From the human T2T-CHM13v2.0 reference genome, Homo sapiens, in NCBI GenBank assembly GCA_009914755.4, contig CP068257.2, positions 38,944,001-39,008,000 of the forward strand: a DNA stretch of 64,000 bases. The letters run 5' to 3'. Position numbers and translations under genes: made by a program. A model generated the notes under the pieces. The model was not told the origin of the DNA. It did no database searches and was given only the letters and a program-made list of their open reading frames with translations. This document shows, in pieces, positions 25,373-40,093 of this stretch (the first letter of the stretch is position 1; each line of letters begins with the position of its first letter).

Positions 25373-26194
25373 TACTGAGAACGTTAAAAAGAAGGTAGAT
25401 TTTAAAATTGTAATTAAAAGAGCATGGAAAGTAGAAAAAAATCAATAGAACTTATATAAACTTCCACACCAGTAGAAGAAATAAAGGAAATAGAGAATCA
25501 TCTAATGGGGACAGGAAAGGCGGGTGGGCTGGAAGACAATCCAAGACCAAATGCAGTAAGTGGAAAACACCCAATGTACCAGAAGCCAAAGGAAAAATAT
25601 ATGTACCTACATGACTAACTAAAGAAAAACAATAACAGATTTTGAAAAGTATCTTGTGGAGCATAGCTATGGTGTTTATTAGAAAGAAGTGTATAGGTTT
25701 AAATGCATTTCTTTTTTGAAAAAGAAAGACTGGAAACAAATTAGCTCAATATTCAATTTAAGAAGCGAGAAGAATGCAGTAAACTGAAAGGACTTCGAAG
25801 AAAGATGATAAAATACAAAACAACAAGGAATTGAAAATGAAAGCTGTGTTTTGTTTTTAAAAAGACGAATAATATAGTATAGAAAAACATCTCAGCAAAA
25901 CACAAATGATCAATGGGAATGAAAAAGAAGACAGGACTCTGGATAAAGCAGGTCCTTTTAAATCGTAAGAGAATCCTTTAAACGAAGAAGCATATGTGGT
26001 CCTCTGGCAGAAGCTGGGGAATGCGCTGCAGCCTCAAGGAGGTGGCGGGAAACCTAGTTTTAGTCCCCACCCTCAGGACTGAGACCACCTTTTGCTAGTT
26101 CCATGGGCTGAGCAGCTGTTTATGGCACTTTGTGTCAATCTCTGAGCCAGAAGTGTTCACCTAGGACCTTTTATAAATCTTATCTCTGAAACTG

Positions 26195-26350
26195 GTGAGG
26201 TATACACTCTCATCCCTGTTTTACAGGCGAAGAAATAGGGGCTCAGGAATGTCAAACAGCAGAGCCAGGTTTGCTTAGCCAGTTAGTGGGCAAGCCAGGT
26301 TTCAAACCCAGGTTTGTCTTATTCCAAAGTTCATAATCCTAAACTGTAGC
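26195..26350 (-). mobile_element. MIR SINE fragment (reverse orientation)
   Basis: cctgttttacaggcgaagaaataggggctcaggaatgtcaaacagcagagccaggtttgcttagccagttagtgggcaagccaggtttcaaacccaggtttgtcttattcc aligns with the reverse complement of the MIR core (tccccattttacagatgaggaaactgaggcacagagaggttaagtaacttgcccaaggtcacacagctagtaagtggcagagccgggattcgaacccaggc...). Confidence 0.65.
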
Positions 26351-28506
26351 AACTTTCTCACTTCCTCCCAGGTGTGAGAGGAGGGGAGTGGGGATGGGGA
26401 CAGAAACTGGGAGAAAGTGTGAGGTCAGCATTGACATTTTTCTTCACTCTTTCCAAAATACGACTTTCTGCTTTTGCCAGCCCAGCAGAAGCTATTTTTC
26501 CCACTGTTAGGTGGGCACATTTGCTACCCAAGCCTTCCAGGGGACACAGGTGTTAGCTGGAAACAGACAAAAAGGCATTGAATTTGGTAATTCATGGCTA
26601 CAAGTTTATTCTTACTGCCTTTAAAGCTATACAGTAACATTTTCATATAGAAGAATTTCTTTCTTTTAATTTTTCCTTGTAAAAAAAATTAACAAAGTAA
26701 CGCAATCAAACATATTTTCAATTCCAAAGTCAAATTGTATCCTCTAAGGATACCATAAAATGTAATTTATTTGATCTGCTTATTTTTAATTCCCAGATCC
26801 CATATGCTAGGGAGATTAGCAAATACTAGTGAAATGTGGTTGAGTCACAAGGTAATTACTTTAGATAAATGTCATTCTGCAGTTTAGGATTATGGTCCTA
26901 AAGCCCAGTATTTAACGGTACCTGATTAAGCCCTACTGGGATTGGCTATATAGTCCTGGGGACTGTGTATAATAAAACTCTATAAAGTAACATCCATAAA
27001 TCAGTTCTTCTTCATATATTCCAGTGGTTGATTTCAGGCCTAAATCTGCATCTTGCTGAAGTGTTACAATAGTGTTTAAATAATGAGAATACTTATTATT
27101 TTTAAAATGCATCCAAAAACACCTATATCAAATATTTTCACGGTGAGTTTCGGTTTGCAGGTTTTTAATTTTCTGTGAGTCCAAAAATGGGACAAAATAT
27201 ACAAATAAACACATACTCACATACACAGAAACCAGATTCAGAGACCAAGATAACTAACAGTCCCAGCCGAAAGGATCAAGAGCAACACATTCTTAGGTTA
27301 TGTATTATAAATATATACACATAGTATGTAGTAAACATAGCTTTTGTAACAATTCCCAAAAAGTGGTTTTAAAGTTCAACATTAAGCATACAAGGAGAGA
27401 TAGCAAATTAGAGACATAAACACACATAATACATATTCCAGGAATTTGCAGTCACTGGGATTCTGTACATATACTATGTACATAAAGATAAGACCTGGAG
27501 AAAATGAGCTCTGGTTAGAGAGCATCTGCGTTTTACTAATAAGTACTTACTAGAAGTTGAGATGATATTTTGAACATTGCCTTACTAGAAGCAAGAGTGT
27601 CTAGAACACAGTGCCCTATATTTGGAAACACTAAGTGAACAGAACCCATCCCCTGGGCCAGATGGAGCAATAGATTTAACCTAGTGGGAACTGTCCTTTG
27701 GTAAACAAAGGAATTGCCTTTATATGTACTGCACACTGATATTTGAGCAATGGAAAAGCAATCCGATATTTGCAACAGACTATTAAAGTCATTACTAGAT
27801 GAGAGATGAATTAAACTTACCAAAAAATTTTAGGAATCAGTAAAAAAATATATATAGATCAAGGATGACTGACTATGAATGAACTATTGAAGAAAGATCA
27901 CTTCAGAATTCAGGCAAGTACAAAGTAGAATCACAAAAGGATGTTTAGAAAACCAGTACTGAAGTTTCCAAGAGATCCATTTTATAAATGTAAGGCAAAA
28001 GAAATAAACATCCTGGGCACAGCCAGCAACGCAAAGGTTACCAGGGGCCAGTACACATTGTACCATCTGAAGCACTCACTGCTTTTTCTGGGTTGAGGAC
28101 AGATTATATTAACAATTCCAGACTGGGTTTGATTTCCATTGATTTCGTATCTGGCTGTTCAATTTCCAGAGAGTTGTATTTGTGGTATATCAACTTTCGG
28201 AACTATAACCCACAAACGAACCCACAGACACGAATATGCTTCTCGGCCTGGTACATGGAACACGAGCTGGTCCTCTGCCCTCCCTTCTTCCACCACACCT
28301 GACTCTGCTGTCCCCACCTGTCTCTTCCCACCCTCACCTCAACTTTAAGGGACCTCAGACCTACCAGGGGAGTGGGAAGGAAAAAAGAGAAGAGGATAAA
28401 GGGAGAGAAAATGTCCTAGTTTTTAAAAAATGCCAGTTTCCTTTTGGCTGGAAAACTGGTTCAGAAGGAAATTCCTTGAGTCTTTCAAATATTCAAGGAA
28501 ACTAAT

Positions 28507-28738
28507 AAACACCCAGAGTGAACCTTAATATACACTATGTCCACTGGGTAATAATGATCTTTCAAGGCAGGTTCATTGATAACAAATGTACCACTCTTGC
28601 GGGGGATGCTGATAACAAGGGAGGCTGTGCATGTGTGGGATCAGGGGTGTACAGGAAACCTCTGTACCTTCCACTCAGTTTTGCTGTGAAATGAAACCTA
28701 CTTTAAAAAATAAAGTCTATTAAAAAAAAAAAAAAAAA
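28507..28738 (+). mobile_element. 5'-truncated L1 insertion (3'-end only, L1PB/L1MA-like) with an 18-nt poly-A tail
   Basis: ...gtaccactcttgcgggggatgctgataacaagggaggctgtgcatgtgtgggatcaggggtgtacaggaaacctctgtaccttccactcagttttgctgtgaaatgaaacctactttaaaaaataaagtctattaaaaaaaaaaaaaaaaa matches the old-L1 3' terminus (...tgtaccactctggtgggggatgttgataatggggaggctatgcatgtgtggggcagggggtatatgggaaatctctgtaccttcctctcaattttgctgtgaacctaaaactgctctaaaaaataaagtcttaaaaaaa). Confidence 0.85.
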
Positions 28739-29597
28739 GCCCAGATAGTAAAGGATCAAAGTGAGTAAAATTCAGTGGCGTTTTTCTGTATTTTGAAAAG
28801 CATGATACCTCTGCATTAAGGAATGAGGCAAAATTGCCAGTGTGCTTGGAACTATGCCCCCAAAAACCTGTAGGGGAAAACAATTCTGTATCAGTCAGAA
28901 AAGACCTCATTTGATCCCCACTTCCCATATGTGCCATGGAAAAATCCATAAGAAAAGAAGCACAGAGAAGCTGATATTCCTCCCATGAACTTGCCTGTTG
29001 GGGTCAGGTTCCGCTCCTTGGTGTTACACAGGGGCACAGGCATAGCTCACCTGAAGCACCAGTAACTCCAGTTTCAGAGCCCTAGTTACCTCATGGTAGA
29101 AGTAACCAGGTCAAGCCTAGGTGATAAATGAATTACATATATTTTGCAAATCCATCTGCAAGTCAGATAAAAGGAACCTTGGAATTATCTCAAGATGTGA
29201 AGCTGGAGTGTTATCAGAATGACAAGGATTGAGATCAACTTTCATCTCAGAAGCGTCGGCAGCAGGGCAGTGAGGTGCTAGAAAAAGCATAGAAATCAGG
29301 AAGAATCGCAGAATGGAAGAATGAAAGCAGAGGGTGCCCATGGCGATGTGCGGAGAGCTGCAGTCTGCGAAGTGCTTTTACATTCATCAACATCACTGTT
29401 CTCATCACACCTCCCTCCCTCAAAGAAGCAGCAGGGACTCTGCAAAGTCAGGTCAGCAGGGCCCAAACATGGCAGCTCCCTGGAAGCCCTGAAGAGCTCT
29501 GCACAGTTACCAGGTCCTGCGGAGGGGGTTCTCTCGGTCCAGGAAGCGCTGTAGGTGGGAGCTATGAACCTGAAATTGTCAAAAATCCATCTTGGTG

Positions 29598-30082
29598 ATT
29601 CTGATGCTCCACAGATACAAGAACACTGATACAGTCTGGATGTCTGTCCTCTCCAAATCTCATGTTGAAATGGGACCCTCAGTGTTGAAAGTGGGGCCCA
29701 GTGGGAGGTGTTTGGGTCATAAGCGTGGATCCTTATAAATGGCTTGGTGCCGTCTTCATGGTAATGAGTGAGTTTCAGCTCTATTAATTCCAGAGAGAGT
29801 GCTCCCAAGAGCTGGTTGTTAAAAAGAGCCTGGCACCACCCTCCTCTCGCTCTTGCTTCCTCTCTTGTCATGTGGGAGGCCATGTCACCTTGCCTTTCAC
29901 CACAAGTAGAAGCTTCCTGAGGGCTCACCAGAAGCCAAGCAGATGCTGGGGCAATGCTTCTTGTGCAGCCTGTAGAACCTCGAGACAAATCAACTTCTTT
30001 CTTTTTTTTTTTTTTTTTTTACAACTTACCCAGTGTCAGGTATTTCTTTACAGCAATGTAAAATGGACTAACACAAGCACAA
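29598..30082 (+). mobile_element. ERVL-MaLR solo LTR (MST/MLT-like subtype)
   Basis: ...gtctgtcctctccaaatctcatgttgaaatgggaccctcagtgttgaaagtggggcccagtgggaggtgtttgggtcataagcgtggatccttataaatggcttggtgccgtcttcatggtaatgagtgagtttcagctctattaattccagagagagtgctcccaagagctggttgttaaaaagagcctggcaccaccctcctctcgctcttgcttcctctcttgtcatgtggg...caccagaagccaagcagatgctggggcaatgcttcttgtgcagcctgtagaacc...acccagtgtcaggtatttctttacagcaatgtaaaatggactaacacaag. The 230-aa minus-strand ORF at 29296-29988 lies inside this LTR. Confidence 0.85.
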
Positions 30083-30332
30083 AAAGGGTTGGAGAGATGG
30101 GAAATATTGGAGCTCATTAGATCCATGAAGATACTCTATTGAGTGTTAAAGAAAAATGCTTAAAAGAACACATATGCAAAAGTTTACAAGTGGTAATAGA
30201 TCTACAAGTCTTTTTTAAAGCACAGCAAAATACATGGGCAATTTCAGAGAGGATCTATTTTTTCTTGTTTAATGCTGAATGAAGAATTATTCCACCCACC
30301 TCTCAGCAGTAGTGACTGACCAAATAAGAGGG

Positions 30333-31085
<753 letters not shown>

Positions 31086-34002
31086 AAATCTTGTTTGACT
31101 GTTCTGTGTCCCAGAGACAGAGTTGATTAAGGAAAATGACAACACTGCATCTTGGGAAAGAGTGTTCAGAAGCACCCCACCCAAAGCTGTTATGAAGGAG
31201 AAGGATGTTTCAGCCCAGCGCTCCTCAAACTTCATTTGCATAATAATCACTAGAGGATTTGTTAAAGTTCAATTCCGATTCAGGAGATCTGGGTAGAGCC
31301 TGAGATTTTGCATTCCTGACCAGCTTCCAAGTGATGCTGACAGTGACAGACAGCCTTAAGGTGCAAGATATTTCTGGTGACATTGCTGTATATATTTCCA
31401 AGAAGGTGGGAGAGGTGTGGACAAAGATCCATGCTTGAAACCCAACTTGCCCAAGAAACACATGGAACACTACCCTGCCATGTCAATACTTACGCAATCC
31501 TCAGTTTGTTTCTAAAGCAAATTTCTGTACCTAACAACACAATATGACAGTCTTAATAGCATATAATTAGACAACAGAAGAAGGCTGGACTCTAAGTGGT
31601 AGCAAATATGAACATTTGGGGCAGTAACCACATCACACAGCATCTAAAAAGGAAAACAAGGCACTAATTCCAGATACAAAAATAAAGAAGAGCAGATGAG
31701 TAATTCAAGGAGTACATTAGAGGACACAACCTTTTCAAAAATAATTTTTAAATCTAGTAAAATTATTATACTTAAAATAATCTTGCGATCAACAAACATA
31801 CAAAAAAAGGCTTTGGGAGCGAATTAATACGTGTAATAATCTCATCAATGAAACAAGGGTCCATTGGAGAGGATATGAAAAAGGATATGTATCAGAGACT
31901 TTTAACTGAAAATTACCTCAAAATCATCTAATTTGTATCTACCCGTATTTCTGATGAGAACACTAGGGTCATGTCTTAGCTTTAAGCATCTAATTTTCAT
32001 GACAAAATCTGGGTTATAACTCACATAATCACATATTTTTCCCAATACAATGCTAATCCACACACTGATTTTAGTGAGTATAGGTTAATTACAGCATCCA
32101 TTCATGTTGGAAAATGTTTATTAAGTTTTATACAATTTTTTATCACATCAGTTAAAGAAAAAAATGGTGTGTACCCCGTAACTGGCTGCATTACCAAATA
32201 AGTGGGAATGCATAGTCTTTATCACAAAATGTTGTTTATCATTTGATAAATCCTTCTCAAATTTTAAGAATGCCTTTCAATAAACATCATCTCTACTTAG
32301 CATCTCTGTCATTGAAATTTTATGAAAAGTATAATCATTTAAATAGTAAGAGTAATTTTTTTCAGTGATGCTGCAGCACAAGTTTTAGCCCAAATAAAAT
32401 ATATTGTAAAGTTCATTTTCTGATGTACAAGCCAGATATTCTTTTTTCAAGCACTTGCAAAGCCTTTGGGTGTGAGCTGGAGTTGAAAGTTAAACATCAA
32501 TTTGCATTTGGTTTAGGAAATCCTTGTCACCTTTTCATGAAATTTCAGCTGTCTCAGTGGATTTGGCAAGATCAAAGCCCAGCACTCAGTCAGCCCCAGT
32601 TTTAATCCCTGCCAACAGTCATCATTTGATTCTTGAGCACAAAGAGCTACTACTGGTGCACTGCTGCCCACAGTGCTATGACTTCATGCGGCCTTGTTTT
32701 CACCTGCTTCCATTCAGCTGGGTGCATGGCTTCCAATATTGCAGAGATTTGCAAAATTGGTACAAGGAGAATCTAAACTGCAGATGCCTTCAGCTGCCAG
32801 GCATGGACTTAAAGGCGTTCCTGATCCACATGACTCAGGATTACAGCCACAGACCTTGGCGGGCCCCTCAGCTGCTCTGAGAAGAGGCAGGATCTACCTG
32901 ACTCCAAAGAACACTCACTTACAATTGCATCACCTACCCCTCTGATATTAGGTTGGCTCAAAATCATGGATTTTGGCATTAAAAGGTAATGGCAAACATC
33001 ACAATTACTTTTGCACCAACCTAATATATACTGTCATATATTCAGGAAAAAATTACTTTGTGAATGTCACATGGTTAATATCAACATTAGTCAGAACATC
33101 TAAAGGGGGAATACCCTTGTGATGAATCTTAAATACCGAGCAGGATGGCAAAAGTCTTTATAATAAACATGAACAAATGCAGTAAGTTTCAGCAAGTGGT
33201 GATGAGGAAAAACTGTGGTGAAATGGACATTTTTAGAGCAACAGACTCTCCTTGTTGAAAGCATGGAGGCTGTTTACTTTTGTTTTACTATAGATTCATA
33301 AAAAGTGATGGATAAAAATGGTTGTTTAGCAAAGTAATAAATAATGATAATCTAATACAAATATTTAGTATGGAATGCTCATGAAGATTCTAGTTTTTCA
33401 TTCTCCCATGACCTAGACGAAAGAAAAAAAGACAGGTTGTTGTTTTTCTTTTTTTCTGCATGTATTATTCAATTTGTAAAATTCTACATGTGGAAAAACA
33501 TTTAACAAGAAAACTGAATAAGAACAAAGGGAATTATGTTGACAGAGGAAGAAAAAGAAAAACTTTATTCTCATTGAAAAGAAAATGCAACCATTTATGT
33601 GAAGCAAAATGAATCACAATCAATGATCAGTATTCTGTAGCCATATTTTCAGGAGCTGGATTTTTCAACTGATTAATTAGGAACTCAAACTGTATGTGTA
33701 TGAAAAAAAGTAGACTGGGGCAAGTTATTTCCTGTGACAATCCCAGCCGTGCTACCATATCCCTCTCCACTTCTCTGTCTTGTTTTCCAAAGACCATGAA
33801 AATAACTATTATTCACAACGAAATTGCAATCAACAAGTCACTTTTTTCTCATGGGAATAATCAGTGAAGAAACAGCAACCCACCCTGCAACTCTCACCTC
33901 CAAAATACAATTTCTATGCTTTGGCAGCCAATACAGTACAATTAATGTTTAACTCCATGCTTTCTATCTAAACAAAATGAAATAATAAAAACTAATAAAT
34001 TA

Positions 34003-34342
<340 letters not shown>

Positions 34343-35094
34343 TTAAGATATAAGGTATCATAACTAAGGAAAGTGAGACTAGAAGCTTGGCATTTTTGAA
34401 ATCATCTTTGGCAATGTATATGACATCAAATGTACATGAATAGTGAAGAATGGAGTTTGCAATCTAGCATGTGCGGTCATTACAAAACCATCCTCACTGC
34501 TAAACTTCTGCACACAAACTATTTGAGAATATTAGATTTATTACACTGCTTTGTCCTCTGGTAGCTTATGTCTGGATAACATAGCCAAAAATTATGTACA
34601 AATGAACTGGCTCACTTTTTTTAATCTGTCACTCCAAGTTAACACTCTCCTCTCCTATCACTCAGCAGTTTCTTTTAAGATGTAAAAATAAATTTAAACC
34701 TAATAACTCCTCTTCCTGAGAACTGAATTGGTAGATATTGTGTCTTCAATCAATGGGAATTAGTAGGCAGTTTCCGTCATTTTGTAAGAAATTCCAAACA
34801 CTGAATATGAATCTCCAATGTAACTAAGAAATAGACCCAAAGTGCAACAGGATTTTTACCCACAGGGAAGACCAAGCCTAGGCTCAAAGGCCTAGATTCA
34901 TATCCCAGGTCTGCGACTTACATGGAAGTATGTAAATATAAAATATTAACATGATATGGACAATGGCACTTTGATAAATGCAAGATTCGAATATCCCCTA
35001 TTTAGTGCTCTATCATTAGGTCCACTTTCTTAACCCATGCTTGGGCCAGAGGGGCACATTAATGAGCCATGGAGCCCCTGCAGGGGTTCTGCCC

Positions 35095-35345
35095 CATGCA
35101 TTTACAGCTGGAATTAAATCCCATCTCCACCACTCTGCTCCCAGTGTGAACATGGGGAAAGTTGATTAAACTCTCTGACTTCAGATTCCTCGTGTAAAAT
35201 GTGGGGAAACAGCTCTGACTTAATGGTGTCACTGTGAGGAGTAAATGAGGTAGCATATTTAAAGGATTTTGTATAGTGCTGGTGACAGTAACCAGCCAAT
35301 AGATGATATAGCTAGTAATAGCAATAATAATGTCACTTACTATTA
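35095..35345 (+). mobile_element. MIR SINE (3' two-thirds, with the AATAAT-rich tail)
   Basis: ...ctgacttcagattcctcgtgtaaaatgtggggaaacagctctgacttaatggtgtcactgtgaggagtaaatgaggtagcatatttaaaggattttgtatagtgctggtgacagtaaccagccaatagatgatatagctagtaatagcaataataat aligns with MIR ...ctctctgagcctcagtttcctcatctgtaaaatggggataataatagtacctacctcatagggttgttgtgaggattaaatgagataatgcatgtaaagcgcttagcacagtgcctggcacatagtaagcgctcaataaatgttagctattattatt. Confidence 0.7.
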
Positions 35346-35641
35346 CTTTAAAAAGTAAATCTCAAAGTCAAAAATACTAAGAAACTAACAAGAGACTATA
35401 CTTGGGTCTCCCTTTTGTAACTTTTGAACATTATCTCACTTCTGAAAGTCCTGTACCAATATTATCCTCCTCATTTCTCAGGTGAAGCAGCATCTTAGAG
35501 GGGTATTGCCCTGTCTAAACCATTTGGTTATCATGGTGAGGTCCAGGATTCTTCCCTTTCCTCATCTTTGCCTTAAAAACATGTATTCTAACCAACTGCC
35601 TTAGTTCGTCCAGGCTGCTATAACAAAATGCCATGGCTTAT

Positions 35642-36012
35642 TGATATGGTTTGGCCGTGTCCCCACCCAAAATCTCATCTTGAATTGTAATCCCCATTAT
35701 CCCCATAATCCCCATGTGTCAAGGGAGAGACCAGGTGGAGATAATGGAATCATGGGGGCAGTTGCCCCATGCTGTTCTCGTGATAGTGAAGGAGTTCTCA
35801 CGAGATCAGATTTTTGTTAGGTGTTTGGTAGAACTTCCTGCATTCAATCTCCTTCCTGCCACCTTGTGAAGAAGGTGCCTTACTTCCCCTTTGCCTTCCA
35901 TCATGATTGTAAGTTTCCTGGGGCTTCCCTAGCCATGAAGAACTGTGAGTCAATTAAGACTTTTTCCTTTATTAATTACCCAGTCTGGAAACAGAATAAT
36001 ACACTTAGAAAC
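35642..36012 (+). mobile_element. THE1/MST-type ERVL-MaLR solo LTR
   Basis: tgatatggtttggccgtgtccccacccaaaatctcatcttgaattgtaatccccattatccccataatccccatgtgtcaagggagagaccaggtggagataatggaatcatgggggcagttgccccatgctgttctcgtgatagtgaaggagttctcacgagatcag...cccctttgccttccatcatgattgtaagtttcctggggcttccctagccatgaagaactgtgagtcaattaagactttttcctttattaattacccagtctgg. Confidence 0.88.
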
Positions 36013-36699
36013 AACATAAATATTTTTCCTCATAGTTCAGGAGGCTGGGAATTCCAAGATCAAAATTCCCTCATCACCATTGCCAATAAAGTACTGAGTA
36101 TCCACCTGTTACCTAAACACGCAATACTAGTTGTTATATAAAGCCATTTGTTAAAAGCCTCCTTACCATTCGATATAAGTAAAGAGGAAAATTGTATGTT
36201 AACTTGTTTTCTATCCCAGTATGACAGACATTTGAAACAGATAAAAGGAGTGTACTTGTGAGGGTATGTTATATTGTGTGGAATAGAAAGTGTCCACTAG
36301 GGTTAAATTTCTTGGAATAATTCTATTAAAAATGAGTTTGGAAAGAACAAAGTGAGGTAACAAGGTATAAATATACATAAACTCTAGGGTTGTTCCCAAG
36401 AAGTGGTCATAGTTATAATAGGGACAAACTGAATTCTAATTTAATATTTTTCACTTCAATCCCTTAACCATATGCCAAGTATACGTTGGCGATACAAATG
36501 GCCCAGGCTATTTGGAGAAAATGCATTCGATTTCTAATAGCTTACCAATAATATGTATTAGCTTGTTGGACCCATTTTACAAATGAAGGAATTATGTGTC
36601 ATAGAAACTACATTATCTGCCCAAGAATTAAAGAGCAAGAAAGGGACAGGGTCTTACTTTGACCTTAGCCAGGACTCTCCCCCATGGCCCAGCTGCCTT

Positions 36700-36812
36700 C
36701 TGGCATTCAGAATTGCTAAATGTGTCACATTTAAGAAGGTAGTCTACAACATCCTGCTGGCATTCAGAATTGCTAAATGTGTCACATTTAAGAAGGTGGT
36801 CTACAACATCCA
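36700..36812. repeat. 57 bp tandem duplication (2 copies, ~96% identical)
   Basis: ctggcattcagaattgctaaatgtgtcacatttaagaaggtagtctacaacatcctg | ctggcattcagaattgctaaatgtgtcacatttaagaaggtggtctacaacatccagg. This explains the repeated peptide LLAFRIAKCVTFKKVVYNI in the ORF at 36583-36843. Confidence 0.95.
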
Positions 36813-37916
36813 GGAAGGCAGTAATACCCCATTAAAGTTTTAGAGCTAAGTACAATTTTGTTTTCTTTTTCAATCTGACTTTTGCATATATAAAATGTTA
36901 AATTTTTCAGGTGAGAAATTACTCTGATAATGCAATTAGTCTGTAAGGAGTTTAGGTAGTTATCCTAAGGCAAGGTAACAGTAAGGATACTTCAAATACT
37001 TGAAATATCTGATAAACTATATTAACTCAATATCTATCAAATATCACATACTCATATGAGCTTGTATGTCTTATTTTTAATAAGTTAAAGAGACTCAAAT
37101 AGGAAGCAAAAGGTCAAGTTATTATTTGGTTTTGGACAATGGCTTCCTGCTCCAGTTGAAATAAAATGTAAAGACCTCGCTATCATTTTTAAGGTGTAGT
37201 GGTTTCACCCCTCCCTGTCTCTCCCACTTCACTGACCACTTCCTTAACTGTCCACTCCGAAACACCTCTTCTTCCTGTTCTTCCAATACACCAAACTCTT
37301 TCTTGCCTCTGTGTGCTTGCCCATGCTGTTCCTTCTGGCTTCTTCCTTCGCATTCAAGTCTTGACTTAGATGTCACTTGCCAAGGGAGACCTTGGAGAAC
37401 CCTTCCTGACCATCTCATCCATCACCCTCACCCCATGTCATCTCTACAGCATCACTCTGGGTTATTTTCTTCACTGCACTTGTATCACCATGGATTATAT
37501 GTTTATTGTCCTTCCCTCTCACAGAATATAAGCCCCATGAAGACACAGATCGAATTCTAACTTATTGCTGTCCCCAGCCCTTAAGAGTTCAGAAGAACTC
37601 ACAAGCACGCACATATTTGTTGAGCTAATGAATTGCAGATATTGTACCAGTGATTAAATGGAAACGAGGTTTTAAAAGATGCAAAACAAAATACATTTGA
37701 CTAAGTTAAATGTTTGAAGAGCCAAAATAGTTTCTGGATTAGAGTTCAAAATTAGTACTAAAAGTATTTTCTGCCCTAAACTGAAGTGTGGTACTGCCTT
37801 AGAAACCTGTTAACTTAAACTACACTATTTAAGAGTTAAAGCATATGTTTTATATATTGGAACTTCACAAAAAAGGATTTTTTAATTTTGTTTTATTAAG
37901 TCTGTGCTATTAATAA

Positions 37917-38354
<438 letters not shown>

Positions 38355-39817
38355 TGATGTTTCAATATTATAAAACTATTTAAAATTATCTGAAAGCATC
38401 ATGTATCATGGTCATGAGTTCCTCACTGTTATTTTACTATTCAGAGCTAGAATGCTCAGTCTGAGCCAGTTCAGCTTACTTTACACACAGGAAATGGAGG
38501 TTGAATTTCCAAGCGACCGAGTGATCCATTTCTGATGTTCATCAGTAAGTCAGACTTACATCTTAAATAGCTGCTAACATTTGCTACCTATCTACAGATG
38601 TTTTCCACTAAATCTCATGTTCCAAAATAGAAGGTTTTAATCGACTCCTATGAACACAGGTTAAATAGCATATTTTGTTGTTGTTGTTTTCGTTTATGCT
38701 TTTTCAGAAAGTTACTTAGGTCCATTCATTTATCCCCCTATATTTGAAACAAAATTCTCCTTTCTTACAAGCCCCTTTTCAGTTAATCTCAGGTGGCTAT
38801 CATACTTAAAATTGTGGAGAATTATTTTCATCCATAAGGCCTGTAGGAAGATGCCCCTACCTCAAAACTTATTGGGATAAAGTCAAAAAAGGGTCATCCT
38901 CTTAAAGGTAAAACAGGAAAATATTAATCAATCCTAGATTTGGAACAATAATACACTGTGCAATAGAGTCTGGACATGTGTGGCTGGTGGGTGGAGATTC
39001 TGCAAAGCCATGAGTCCCTGGAAGGTAACCAGCAGACTAATTTTACAGTGTGACATAGCTTATCACAATAGCGGACAGGAACCTGGGTTTAAAGAGGACT
39101 CACTTGGGCAGTAATCCTGGCCTGTCGTTTCAGGAATATGACCTTGGGCAAGATACTTGTATTCTTTGAATCTCACTCTTATCATCTGAAAAATAAAAAC
39201 ACTAACGACTGTCTCAAGACTGCTGTGAGTATTCAATAAAATAACAGCTGTCAGGCCATTAGTTAGCACAATATTTGGCACAGGGTAGGGGGTAATAAAG
39301 AGTAGCCATAGAGATAATGTTGGGATGATGGCCTAAAGAGGATGCTGGAGCACAGTTAGGTGTGAACAGAGGGTCGCATGCCATAATCATAATCAATAAC
39401 TTGTAGATAATCAATAACTTGTATGTAGATAAAAACTTGACTGTCTACAGTAAGAGATGTGGGCTCTCAACTGGGTCCAGCAAATGGAACAAATGATTGT
39501 GTTTTTGGTGTTACTCAGGGGAGGGGAGGCTGATGCCAAGACAGTAACCTCAGTCTTTGTAGAGGGAACCCCATATGCTAAAGAGATATCGCTTGAGAAT
39601 GTTTCATGCTCTTGAGCCCAATTCTATGTGCTCCCTGATGGAAGGACAGGTAGGTATTGGGTGAGGTGAGCAACCAACACTTACTGGGTGCACCTTCAAA
39701 TAGGACACCTTCTGAAGTCCCCCTAGCCCAGGCAGCACAGGGCAGGCCTTCTTTGGTGCCACCAAGTGCAATTGTGTTTCCTTCTTATTTTACCATCTGC
39801 TATGCATTTCTTTCCAT

Positions 39818-40093
39818 ATCCATGCCTATAATTCCATGAGTTTGGGAGGCTGAGGTAGGTGAATTGCTTGAGCCCAGGAGTTTGAGACTAGCCTAGGCAA
39901 CATGGTGAAACCCTGTCTCTCCAAAAAATACAAAAATTAGCCAGGCATGGTGGTGCACACCTGCAGTCCCAGCTACTCAGGAGGCTGAGGTGGGAGGATC
40001 ACTTGCGCCCAGGAGATCAAGGCTGCAGTGAGCCCTGATCACACCACTGCACTCCAGCCTGGGTGACAAAGTGAGATCCTGTCTCAAAAAAAA
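39818..40093 (+). mobile_element. Alu SINE, 5'-truncated (older subfamily); its A-tail is followed by a GA-rich simple repeat at 40094-40178
   Basis: catgcctataattccatgagtttgggaggctgaggtaggtgaattgcttgagcccaggagtttgagactagcctaggcaacatggtgaaaccctgtctctccaaaaaatacaaaaattagccaggcatggtggtgcacacctgcagtcccagctactcaggaggctgaggtgggaggatcacttgcgcccaggagatcaaggctgcagtgagccctgatcacaccactgcactccagcctgggtgacaaagtgagatcctgtctcaaaaaaaaag, then aaaagaaaagaggaaggaaggaaggaaaagagaagggaagggagagaagagaaaaaagaaaagaaaagagaaa. Confidence 0.9.

Noticed and set aside
29296-29988. Longest ORF in the track (230 aa, minus strand)
   Set aside because: It lies entirely inside the MaLR LTR at 29598-30082 and its upstream flank. 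Its peptide (…[52 protein letters not shown]…) is the translation of the LTR consensus (gttgttaaaaagagcctggc… / …ccaaatctcatgttgaaatg…). There is no start context and no matching known protein.
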